From IMG/VR virus record IMGVR_UViG_3300042451_000960: a DNA stretch of 64,000 nucleotides; one strand, given 5' to 3'. Below are positions 37,001-44,464 of this stretch, one piece after another. Both the position numbers and the translations under genes were made by a program. Positions within the stretch are counted from its first letter, which is position 1. Each line of letters starts with the position of its first letter. The DNA is from a virus (lineage: Duplodnaviria > Caudoviricetes). A model generated the notes under the pieces. It searched no databases and was not told the origin of the DNA. It saw only the letters and a list, made by a program, of their open reading frames with translations.

Positions 37001-39213
37001 TCAGGTTCAGTTGCTGGATTAAGAGATGCTGATAAAACGTGTAGTTGTATATTTCCCCAACCATCTTGAGCACCACTATAAAGATTAATTTCATTAATAC
37101 CATCAATTCTTACCGCTTGAATTTCTAAAGATGCAGTACTACTATTTCTAATTTGAGTTCCTCTATAAGGTCTAATGAAATGATTAACTCCACCCTTACC
37201 ATCTAAAACTCTTGTAATAATAATTGAATCAGTTACACCTTCACATTCACCAGTAAATTCTATATATTGAACTAATTTATCTGCTCTGGAACCTGTAAAG
37301 TTTTCTACGGTTAATCTTACTGTATCCAAATTCCTATCCAATAATAAACCTGGATATTGTGAACCAACTCCAACATAATCGGTATTGAACAATTCGTTAT
37401 TTGCAAAATCAAAAGAACGTGATGTAAAATTTACCGAACCCGTTAGATAGTTTTTAATTACATCAATATAAACTGTTGTTGGTGGTAACGGGTTGCCATT
37501 ACCAGAACCAGAATCAAATTGAAAATAAAGCGATGATGGTACTAATTGTAAATCTTTATTAATTACATTTAAATTACCGCCATCAAATGTTTTTGTTTCT
37601 TCTACCAAAACAGGGATATAATTGTTATTTATATCGTAAAATTGAAACCTAAAATCAAATGTTTCTCTAGGTAAAGTCCTTGGTATTGGTTGTATGAATG
37701 TTATTTCATCAGGACTAAAAGATGTTTCTTGAGATGCTCTTAAACTAACATCGGATATATACCAATCACTACCCTCAGTTTCAAAATATAATCTAGTATT
37801 ATTAATATCTTCTGCTTTAAAGTTAGCTACTACATTTGATTTTTGTAACACACTACTATCAGAAGTTATCGTTACGATTGGCTGCTCAATTTGAATTGTA
37901 CTAGTTACGTTATTGTATGTACTTAGTCTAGAACCGCTCAAATATGCTTTTATATAATGGTTAGCACTTCCTACCGCATCTTTTCTAGTATTAAAAGTAA
38001 GAGTATATTCAGTATTTTCTCTTACATCTAAAGATTTTGTTGTTGCAAACCTTTCTCCAGAAATTAAACTGTTTAACTTAACAGAGTTATATAAGAAATT
38101 TTGATTAAATGATGTTACTAAATTATTTGAAGAAGTTATCCAATAATTTTTATAATTAAATTGGTCAAAACTACCGTAATATTCTTCATTTTTTGAATTT
38201 GATTCTAAATCTTTAAGTAATTCATTTGATTCTAATTGTATTTCTTGTACAAATTGATAATCCGATAAATCTGATTGTGACCTTCTATATATTTTTACTC
38301 TTGCACAATCTCCTACAAATGTTGTTAAATCGGTTATATTAATTTTAGCGAATGAACCAGTTAATGCTGTTTTTAAATTATCATTACCTTCAATGTAATT
38401 AAATGTTACAGAATAAGGTTCTGCTATTAATGTTTTTACAATACCATTTTCATTATATGGAGTTGATACTGTTAAATCTCTATCACTAACAACATCATCC
38501 GCTAATAAACTTACACCCTTATTTGTGAGTGTGATATAATTGTTTGTAACAGAACCTGTCCAAAATGAATCATTTAGGGTTGTTAAAAGATATGATGTTG
38601 GTAATGTATAACCAGACACACTTTCACCTTCCGCTGGGATTTGTGGAATACCATTTATAAAACCCGTTTGGGTGACCTGCCTAACGATGTTTGAAAATAT
38701 TGGTTTAACTATTTCATTTATTGTTACTTCCGGTCTTCTATAAAATCTTACCTTATCTTCATTAGAAATTAATTTATTAACTTTAAAAGTTTTTTCCCAT
38801 TTTACATTATATACACTTTTCCACTCATCAGGAACATCCCTTACTACACCACCCTCATCTAAATAAGTTTTTAACTCCCCTAAAACAGTTATTTTTGCTT
38901 CACCAATAGGAGTATCTTCGTAAACATAAACGGCTACAAGTTTTGATACACCTTCATAATATTCGGGCACACCATTGCCAGGCTCATAATAAATCGGGTC
39001 ACCATTTACATCTAATATTTGAATCTTTATTTCAGTTGATTCTTTAAGGTGTTGAGACCCTTCTATTAGGAATCCATTTTTACCACCAGTAAACGTATCC
39101 TTAAACTCAGTTATTCTAAAATAAGTTGAATTTGGATTCGTATCAACTAAAAAAGTTTGAAAAGATGTTAATGGTTGAGTTAAAACTTCTGCGTATTTTT
39201 TTATTCTCGCCAT
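31099..39213 (-). CDS. Giant tail fibre / receptor-binding protein with C-terminal peptidase S74 intramolecular chaperone
   Basis: SDLKLKENI...LRPVKYNF...RYGFIAQEV...YNEFISPMVKAIQEL; CBM5/12-like modules (GAWADATVYYTNDIVTYGGNTW); repeated NE.HTLPA..DG.V.SY-type beta-sandwiches. Confidence 0.88.
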   Translation of the reverse strand: MARIKKYAEVLTQPLTSFQTFLVDTNPNSTYFRITEFKDTFTGGKNGFLIEGSQHLKESTEIKIQILDVNGDPIYYEPGNGVPEYYEGVSKLVAVYVYEDTPIGEAKITVLGELKTYLDEGGVVRDVPDEWKSVYNVKWEKTFKVNKLISNEDKVRFYRRPEVTINEIVKPIFSNIVRQVTQTGFINGIPQIPAEGESVSGYTLPTSYLLTTLNDSFWTGSVTNNYITLTNKGVSLLADDVVSDRDLTVSTPYNENGIVKTLIAEPYSVTFNYIEGNDNLKTALTGSFAKINITDLTTFVGDCARVKIYRRSQSDLSDYQFVQEIQLESNELLKDLESNSKNEEYYGSFDQFNYKNYWITSSNNLVTSFNQNFLYNSVKLNSLISGERFATTKSLDVRENTEYTLTFNTRKDAVGSANHYIKAYLSGSRLSTYNNVTSTIQIEQPIVTITSDSSVLQKSNVVANFKAEDINNTRLYFETEGSDWYISDVSLRASQETSFSPDEITFIQPIPRTLPRETFDFRFQFYDINNNYIPVLVEETKTFDGGNLNVINKDLQLVPSSLYFQFDSGSGNGNPLPPTTVYIDVIKNYLTGSVNFTSRSFDFANNELFNTDYVGVGSQYPGLLLDRNLDTVRLTVENFTGSRADKLVQYIEFTGECEGVTDSIIITRVLDGKGGVNHFIRPYRGTQIRNSSTASLEIQAVRIDGINEINLYSGAQDGWGNIQLHVLSASLNPATEPEKFIPLSLASSSKYIRGIITGSLGSKEINYNAVFDRDSIDFRRIIYLMPSSSAAASPAYAVSGSVLASIILEDLQDGLDTPSIVFNADTFAINPRNEINFRPSFAFATASFFERGTTNAITASFRVFPSMSINKDYVPEYWFYYTTQSADKTISVIARDENKNVIDSLPLNSYIGQSNKQSKNLTITFTYTEPWTSASISLDKTFTIIPEGKPGDETIIFEVTPALVSLNATAEGFVNSYSSSVTQIRLKQGSRYLNFTASKGEGTFFIVSGSITGSNIIPGKIINPIPPGFNANYTGSLFIGAASGMNNLSGSVTYNLEIQPFYTSSIYTGSVVQQFTKILDGTPQLEVSLTPESVVLNADENGVVSNYASSNTTLRIKEGNKYLLYNSWSYQPGTFYVDNFEQTNVFTASLTASFNGDRALIRFHNFNQGPRTGSVTYNIIAYPYSLGPGHQYTSSVINKVQNFTKLLDGADSRGVTLSATSNFVSFDSDGVVVSPAGDIELTATVTNFTGSAYYQFLKDNVAYTPIQASNIATIASGDSVAPGETALWVVQVRDGNISSTQPITAQASLTLTGLQQGVPSYNATLTNDNVSIIYRVSGEVELGGTGTTINATKGITQLTHANPFGPQTLDIFSNEIGSLGEYQVTIHSKSAYLGLAGGLVSQSVLPIVAGRAVIGDLVSWTTADSNPIGSVVYRIDFENGKGVAFKTQSFSVQFEGETGPGIVMRGQYSEYEDYIGSYETVNYRRDAIIWPDPSGSNNTTHYFAALSGSGPTTYVNPTTSDYYVGATPPGGYVLIGHQYPPAVGNSNDYWQYLGEQDFFVAAKIAIFEESYVKNSINVGTYNNTSKFANIVIAGGRPDPYISIGQHGTVGTAGTSGTTYNPSTSGASGTSGTGIIGFNRPGIFLGMYEDGVNGTTGRFSIKEYGGSGKGLFWDGGTLTIVGSIKQSSPGVNEGRLMGAWADATVYYTNDIVTYGGNTWTANSNHTSTNNTNVGTGYPGSGPWTIAPIAAKLLRLEASAQVFVETKSGSLSPNYIELTSNKQNISATTNWTTTPSVTLFDSATGGSTTTSGNIVYLRTGSFGTNTLVEISATADSITDTVSIARVKEGSDALTVIVTNESHTLPAANDGTVSSYAGSGTDIYIYEGATQLDYDGVGTSPGKWAVSSSVTNITAGSVTDGGNYAVVGNHSNMTADLASINYTLSGKKINGDLFSLSRVQSFSKSKQGAAGAAGDTGPGVVYRGEYNAATAYIFSAGVRRDIVKYNNAYYLTKQNTTGNLPTNTTYWESFGAQFSSVATDILLAQDATITRALVMGVETSGTGSGIIRSATAATFNSGSGFYMDSSGRVRFGNPIGSQIKFEENNFSITGSISATDGRIGNWIIESQALGGNLRDSGSKLILNPTVPELGFYLAGEKKLNISPVNYLTNVGGSNVSVSDIPNGNGSPYPDWTTPADVSAFGTFATQYGPYSYADVSNFETATNYSIPAAGTYALTNLYTFSVLQIDNLSSQTIYANANNPNNPGTYPGESQNGYASPKFVGADVYLEGVNQSTGQIARVWIQNVSSYSATSVDNWEWNGSSWIYSNYTTPGVHTGYTTGGFTAITDRFITFPSAGNYKFRYSIQISARAGSSVSVDSFGTELPEVFYGHTSGINTAVTDNGIGYNSNSFTIIIPTNIVEVTTGGIQIANDTSTFVQIPRLSTSVGSSDIIFEAKGAQSKFWAFGAAGGAFSNYAIDSRGSLYLAGNIFISGNDASPGYGRLDLAYRPKYGSIYQAHFIDDVHPADTRWGTAGGPHNGTQDMGSNSGTGVFWDEIYADNFNNLSDLKLKENIYTSDLGLDFIKQLRPVKYNFISSTKKRPRYGFIAQEVLTALESLGKTSDDFKGLNTGSSFIKSLEREYKRPIEEIIASGSITGSDGTLYNQQWYDEEQQNAGWSVTYNEFISPMVKAIQELSQKVSSLEAFISGSL

Positions 39214-39234
39214 TTAGAGTTTGTTAATTACAAA

Positions 39235-39243
39235 AATAAATAT
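39235..39243 (-). promoter_or_regulatory. Late-promoter-like motif ATATTTATT
   Basis: 22 nt upstream of tail fibre ATG. Confidence 0.55.
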
Positions 39244-39282
39244 TCGATTATTTTTTATTCCTATAATTATATATATAGAATT

Positions 39283-39300
39283 CTAAAGAAAACTAAAGAA
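39283..39300 (+). repeat. Direct repeat CTAAAGAA x2 (10-bp period), candidate operator
   Basis: 39283-39290 and 39293-39300, ending 4 nt before the RHH ATG. Confidence 0.5.
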
Positions 39301-39304
39301 GTTT

Positions 39305-39481
39305 ATGAAAAAATACGCAATGATTCAAATTGATGCCGAAATTCATCAAGTACTGAAGGATTTTTGTAAAGAGAAAGGTTACAAAATTAATGGATTGGTG
39401 GAATCTCTTATAAAAGAAAAGGTGGAATCTGTTAAAAAGACCCCACCTAAAAATATATTACCTGTTAATTCTAAAAGTTAA
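39305..39481 (+). CDS. Ribbon-helix-helix (CopG/Arc/MetJ-like) DNA-binding protein, 58 aa
   Basis: Manual translation MKKYAMIQIDAEIHQVLKDFCKEKGYKINGLVESLIKEKVESVKKTPPKNILPVNSKS; alternating beta strand, helix-G-turn-helix; fills an otherwise empty intergenic gap; below the ORF-track cutoff. Confidence 0.75.
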   Translation: MKKYAMIQIDAEIHQVLKDFCKEKGYKINGLVESLIKEKVESVKKTPPKNILPVNSKS

Positions 39482-42400
39482 TCTTAGAGAACCCATTATC
39501 TTTCTTAATTTCAATTAGTCCATCAACAATATCTCTCATTTGTTCTAAGTGAGAAATCATCCAAATAAAATCGAATTGGGTTTTCAGATATTGCATCATC
39601 ATAAAGAGTGAAGATAGGTTATCCGCATCCAAAGTTCCAAACCCTTCATCAATAACTAAGAAGTTAGGTCTAGGAAGGCCGCATATGTTAATTAGAGCCA
39701 CTCTAATCGCTAATCCCGATATGAACTTCTCCATACCACTACACATCTCCAGAGCCCACTCCTGGTCTTCGTAAACGATTTTAGCGTTAATGTTCTTACC
39801 ATCAGTATCCATTGAAAGTGAGAAATCAACAACCTGTGCTAATATGTTATTCACTTCGGATTCAATTACAGGCATTGCTTTGGAAATAAGTTCATATGGT
39901 ACACCATCTTTCTTAACAGCATCTAAATAGTAAGTGTAAAGAGTATTCTTATTTTCCAATTGTTTTACTTCATCCATCTTAGCTTTAGTGGAGTCTATAA
40001 ATGATTGTATAGAACCAATTGCGCCAGTTTTTTGAAGAATCTGTCTATTAATATCTGAAAGTTCCTTATCTATGTTTTTCTTACGAATTTCCAATCCTTT
40101 AATTTCTTCATTCAATTCATTGTTCTTACGAATTGTTGCTTCGTTTGCATGGTATCGTTCTATATCAGTTTTAACTCCATCTAATTGATTTTCTAAAAGT
40201 TGATGAGCGGTTTTCAATCCACTCAATTCGGCTTCTCCTTTTTGTTTAAGGATTTCGCCCTTTTGATATTTGTTTCGTAGTTCAACTAATTTTTCCCAAA
40301 CATATTCTACTTCAGAAAATGGTTCAGTTGCTTTGATTAAAGCATGATGTGCTATATTCAAAGTTTCCAATTGTCTTTCTTGTGTTTTAACAATTTCTTT
40401 TGTTGCGATAGCATCTTTAACGAATACATTATTCATGCAAAACTTACAATTTGGGTCATACTCATGTTGTTCCAAATGTTTAAGTTTTTCCAAATTAGAT
40501 TCGTATTGTCCTTCCAACTTATCTATTTGTTGTTGAACATCTGCTAATTTACCTTTTGCCAAATCCCATTCTTTCTTAGCTTCATTAATAGGTAAACCAT
40601 TTACTGTATCGTATTGTGATATTGATTGCGATGCTTCGGTAAGAACTTCAAAATAACTTTCAATATTATTCTTTTTAGTTTCTATAAGTGATTCATTATT
40701 CTCAATATCACTATCAATCTTCTTTTTAGATTTTTCCAATTGTATAAGGTCTAACTTAGAATCAATTGGTGTTAGGGATTCCTTTAAATCAGAAATTGCG
40801 TTTTGGTTTTCTTCTTTAAGTTTTTCTAATTGTTTATATTCAGATTGTAAACTGTCTAATTCTTTTTGAGTTTCGGTTAAGTCGGTTTCCTTTTGGGCTA
40901 ATTCAGTCGTAAAATCTGTCCTTTTGAAATTTCTGATTAGTGCCGCCACTTCCTTAATGTCTTCACTAGCAGTTGCGTACAGCTTATCAAATATATCCAA
41001 GCCCATAAACTGCGCAAGAAGGTCTTTCCTTTCCGATTGTGATTTATCAATGAATAGTGCATTGTTACCTTGTAGTGATAGAGCAGTCATTACGAAATCC
41101 TCATATCTTCCAACGTATTGTTCTATAACGGAGTTAGTATCCCTTCTCTCTGTCCCATTAAGGGATTCCTTTTCCCCACCATTGGTTCTCCAGAATTGAA
41201 CATCTACTTTAACATTTCTTCCTTTATTAATTGTTCGGGCTTCTCTCCTTATGTGATAATCTATACCTTCAACCTGAAAATGTAGTTGGCAATGGAAGTC
41301 TGATTTCCTATTGTTCATAATATTAGCTGCCTTAAATGCTCTGCTACATTTGTCAAACAAGCAAAATGAGATTGCATCAAATAGAGATGATTTTCCGCTT
41401 GCATTGGGTGCGAATAATCCCATCAGTCCATTTACTTTATCAAAATTGATTACATTATCCTCACCATAACTGAACATATTAGAGAATTCAAATCTTACCG
41501 GCTTCCATTGTACGTTTCTAGTAAGTTCATCCATCTCTATTCTATTATTGATGTCCTTATTTAGCGATTGTATTCCTGCTATATCATCCGCAGTTGCGAA
41601 TGGCATCATTCTTTGTATATAATCCGTAATTAAGGAGTTTTGATAAGTCACATCCGTAATATCTTCCAACTCCAATTGATTATCCCTATCACCAGTCTTT
41701 TTCTTTGCCAACGAATCAGTCCTAATTGTTGTAAAATCTTCTACACCATACTTCACCTTAATTTCGGTGATTGCTTTTTTAGTATCTACCGCATCAGTAT
41801 CAGAAAATCTTACCCTAAGCCTAGGATGAGTAGGTAAATCAGTAACGTCAGGAACAACTCCTGCGATAATATCCATGGTGTAATAACCATAATCGTTTTG
41901 TATATCAACTTCTTCATATGTTAATGTATCTAAATCCCAAACTAAGAAACCATGCTTGTCCAAAGTTTCTCCAAAGTTTTGCTGCACCAACGAACCTGCG
42001 TAAACACACCTACAACCTCTTGGCGATTTGAGTTCTTGTCTTTTGTGGATGTCACCTAAAAGGGCTAAATCGTAACCATCAAACATATCAGTTGTGAAAT
42101 GTCGAGATGATACTACATAACCTATATCAGTTTCAGAATGGTCCACAGGTCCGTGGAATAGTGCAATTTTTGTTTCAGCCGTTAAACTGTATGATTGTGG
42201 CCAATTATCTTTATTATCAAAAATACTAAACACTGCGAATTCACATTGTCTATATTTCCAAATTTGTGTATCTTTTAAATACCAAAAGTTTTCTAAATTC
42301 AAAGCCTCTACGATTGGAGTTAATACATCCAAACGGTCAGAGTTATTCATATTACAATCGTGATTACCAGCAATAAGAATTGTTGGACAATGTTTTGTAC

Positions 42401-42617
42401 ATTCGGTAAATAGCCAACTAATCTCTTTCACCAATTCAGGTGACATTTCCAATTTAGCATGTGCAATATCACCTGCTAAATAAATTAGTGAGTTTTCCGT
42501 TCCTCTTTGACGGATTTCCTCAAACATTTTTTCAAATACTTGTCTGAACTCTTTATGCCTCTTTACATTACGAATATGAATATCCGCAATATGATAAATC
42601 CTTTTTAATTTACTCAT
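39471..42617 (-). CDS. Single-chain Mre11-Rad50 (gp47-gp46 / SbcD-SbcC) fusion
   Basis: IADIH, AGD, GNHD, GDIH phosphoesterase motifs; Walker A APNASGKSS, coiled coil with CKFC hook, CSGME signature, Walker B LVIDEGFG, H-loop MISH. Confidence 0.92.
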   Translation of the reverse strand: MSKLKRIYHIADIHIRNVKRHKEFRQVFEKMFEEIRQRGTENSLIYLAGDIAHAKLEMSPELVKEISWLFTECTKHCPTILIAGNHDCNMNNSDRLDVLTPIVEALNLENFWYLKDTQIWKYRQCEFAVFSIFDNKDNWPQSYSLTAETKIALFHGPVDHSETDIGYVVSSRHFTTDMFDGYDLALLGDIHKRQELKSPRGCRCVYAGSLVQQNFGETLDKHGFLVWDLDTLTYEEVDIQNDYGYYTMDIIAGVVPDVTDLPTHPRLRVRFSDTDAVDTKKAITEIKVKYGVEDFTTIRTDSLAKKKTGDRDNQLELEDITDVTYQNSLITDYIQRMMPFATADDIAGIQSLNKDINNRIEMDELTRNVQWKPVRFEFSNMFSYGEDNVINFDKVNGLMGLFAPNASGKSSLFDAISFCLFDKCSRAFKAANIMNNRKSDFHCQLHFQVEGIDYHIRREARTINKGRNVKVDVQFWRTNGGEKESLNGTERRDTNSVIEQYVGRYEDFVMTALSLQGNNALFIDKSQSERKDLLAQFMGLDIFDKLYATASEDIKEVAALIRNFKRTDFTTELAQKETDLTETQKELDSLQSEYKQLEKLKEENQNAISDLKESLTPIDSKLDLIQLEKSKKKIDSDIENNESLIETKKNNIESYFEVLTEASQSISQYDTVNGLPINEAKKEWDLAKGKLADVQQQIDKLEGQYESNLEKLKHLEQHEYDPNCKFCMNNVFVKDAIATKEIVKTQERQLETLNIAHHALIKATEPFSEVEYVWEKLVELRNKYQKGEILKQKGEAELSGLKTAHQLLENQLDGVKTDIERYHANEATIRKNNELNEEIKGLEIRKKNIDKELSDINRQILQKTGAIGSIQSFIDSTKAKMDEVKQLENKNTLYTYYLDAVKKDGVPYELISKAMPVIESEVNNILAQVVDFSLSMDTDGKNINAKIVYEDQEWALEMCSGMEKFISGLAIRVALINICGLPRPNFLVIDEGFGTLDADNLSSLFMMMQYLKTQFDFIWMISHLEQMRDIVDGLIEIKKDNGFSKINF

Positions 42618-43549
42618 ATATTATTTAACTTTGCCATCACCAAATCATCCCATGTAGTTTCTTTGGCAGATTTTAATATTTCGTTTACTTTTTGAAATCC
42701 CATTTCACCAGCATCCTTATCGGTTGGGATAATATTTCTTACTTTGATTCCATTTTTTTGAAACCATTCAGTATGTTTTGTAGAATCATCTACGGCATCA
42801 GAATCTAACATAATCGTTACATCCTTAACACCCTTTTCCATAATTTTATTTTTGAGTTTGCTGAGTAAGAATTTACCCAATAGGGGAATTACATTTCTTT
42901 TGACTGAGAAAGAATCAAATACTCCCTCAACTAATGTGATTGGCTCATCCCAATTAATCATATTATCAAATACAATCACATCTCTACTAATTGGTGGGTT
43001 CTTATACTTCATTTTCTCATCTTCATAGAAAGAACGAGCTACAAAGTAATTAAGGTCACCATTATCATCGTAAGAAGGTATAATAACCCTTCCACCATAT
43101 AAACCATCTTCACAATATCCGATGTTATACTTTACGATGTCAGCTTGAGTGATACCTCTTTTATTTAAATAGTGTAAAGCTTGATTATAAACTGGATTTA
43201 TTCCTTTTGGTTTGAAGTATAATTGTTTGAATTCTTTTGGTAGTTGTAACTTAGCTACATATTCTTCTTTGGAATCATATTCTGGTTCATCACCATATAC
43301 ATCCTTTACAACCGATATATCCCTAAGGTCTACATTCAGTTTACGAAGGAGTGATGATATACTTCTACCTTTAGAATCACATACCCAACAATGCCATCTT
43401 TGTGTATCTAAATTTATTTGAAGTTTCTTTTTGTGGTGATTACAAAAAGGACAATGATGCGCCTGTTCATTTCCCTTTAAGGATGAACCTACTCCTAATG
43501 CGGAGTCTAATATATTGATTATTTTTAATTTGTTCTTACCCGATAGCAT
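42614..43549 (-). CDS. DNA primase (DnaG/gp61-like)
   Basis: CPFC...HCWVC zinc finger; GRVIIP; Toprim LVEGVFD and MLDSDA. Confidence 0.9.
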   Translation of the reverse strand: MLSGKNKLKIINILDSALGVGSSLKGNEQAHHCPFCNHHKKKLQINLDTQRWHCWVCDSKGRSISSLLRKLNVDLRDISVVKDVYGDEPEYDSKEEYVAKLQLPKEFKQLYFKPKGINPVYNQALHYLNKRGITQADIVKYNIGYCEDGLYGGRVIIPSYDDNGDLNYFVARSFYEDEKMKYKNPPISRDVIVFDNMINWDEPITLVEGVFDSFSVKRNVIPLLGKFLLSKLKNKIMEKGVKDVTIMLDSDAVDDSTKHTEWFQKNGIKVRNIIPTDKDAGEMGFQKVNEILKSAKETTWDDLVMAKLNNI

Positions 43550-43578
43550 AATTTAGGTTATATCCACAAAAACTTATA

Positions 43579-43610
43579 CAAATATACAACATTTTTGGGA
43601 TATATCCAAA
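43579..43610 (-). promoter_or_regulatory. Bacteroidota housekeeping-sigma promoter (TTTG-N20-TATATTTG) with palindrome over the -33 box
   Basis: TTTG at 43610-43607, TATATTTG at 43586-43579, 20-nt spacer; GGATATATCC palindrome 43598-43607. Confidence 0.75.
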
Positions 43611-43615
43611 TTTAA

Positions 43616-43819
43616 TTAACCGCCATAAGAATTTTTAATATCAATAAGAAAATCGGCTAAAAATTGGAGTTTATTGGCTACTTCTTCTCTTGGTTGATTT
43701 TGAAGAACCATATTTTTAAGGTCTAATAAGGATGCAGCTGCTACTGAATGCGCATCATCTTTTGAGTTTAAATATGCATCTGAAATGCCATATTTTTTAC
43801 AAATTTCAGTAATTGTCAT
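43616..43819 (-). CDS. Hypothetical protein
   Basis: 67-aa helical ORF packed between neighbours. Confidence 0.6.
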   Translation of the reverse strand: MTITEICKKYGISDAYLNSKDDAHSVAAASLLDLKNMVLQNQPREEVANKLQFLADFLIDIKNSYGG

Positions 43820-43831
43820 AACGTGTGTTTA

Positions 43832-44239
43832 TTAATATATATCCTTACGAAAGAATTTTCCCATAAGGTTTTCATTTATTGATTGTGGGTCTGACAGTAC
43901 ATCTAATTTGAACTGCCACCAAACTTCCCAATATGTAAGTGATTTTTTACTAAAACAGAATTGAATGATTTCTCTTTCAAAATTCCCACCTCTACCTTCT
44001 TTTACTTCAGATTTAATCCATTCATTTGATGAGTAGTATTTTTCCCAATCAGAAGCCTTACGAACTACTCTCTTACGAACCTTTCCTTTTAGCGGTTTTA
44101 AACGGCGGGTTGATGTAAGTGATTTTTTACCAATATAGAATTTACCAGTTGGTTTGTGTATAATTTTATAGACAAAACCAACCGCACCCTCTGGGGTGTT
44201 TTCTTCTGTAACCAAATTTCCATTAAATTTCCAAGACAT
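43832..44239 (-). CDS. Stand-alone GIY-YIG-like nuclease
   Basis: GFVYKII...GKFYIGKK, RR, WEKYYSS, E and N motifs; no C-terminal DNA-binding repeats. Confidence 0.65.
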   Translation of the reverse strand: MSWKFNGNLVTEENTPEGAVGFVYKIIHKPTGKFYIGKKSLTSTRRLKPLKGKVRKRVVRKASDWEKYYSSNEWIKSEVKEGRGGNFEREIIQFCFSKKSLTYWEVWWQFKLDVLSDPQSINENLMGKFFRKDIY

Positions 44240-44241
44240 TT

Positions 44242-44430
44242 TTACTTTTTAACTGTATCGGAGTATTTGGTAATTTTCAAATCTCCACCTCTAGCTTTTT
44301 TAAGTCTAGGTTCATTTTTAGCTAAGTCTAAGCCACCATCTGCTTCTATTGGAGTTTTATCTTTACCTTTAGAGTCAATTTTACCAGTCTTTGGTGGAGT
44401 TTTTTCGTAAATATCTATAATACTAGCCAT
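44242..44430 (-). CDS. Small basic hypothetical protein
   Basis: 62 aa with own late-like motif. Confidence 0.6.
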   Translation of the reverse strand: MASIIDIYEKTPPKTGKIDSKGKDKTPIEADGGLDLAKNEPRLKKARGGDLKITKYSDTVKK

Positions 44431-44451
44431 TTTTTATTTGTTTTATCTTTA

Positions 44452-44460
44452 TATAAATAT
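44452..44460 (-). promoter_or_regulatory. Late-promoter-like motif ATATTTATA
   Basis: 22 nt upstream of ATG 44430. Confidence 0.6.
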
Positions 44461-44464
44461 AACC

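Noticed and set aside
31099-39213. Diversity-generating retroelement targeting the tail fibre
   Set aside because: No reverse transcriptase and no adenine-mismatched template/variable repeat pair found in the window.
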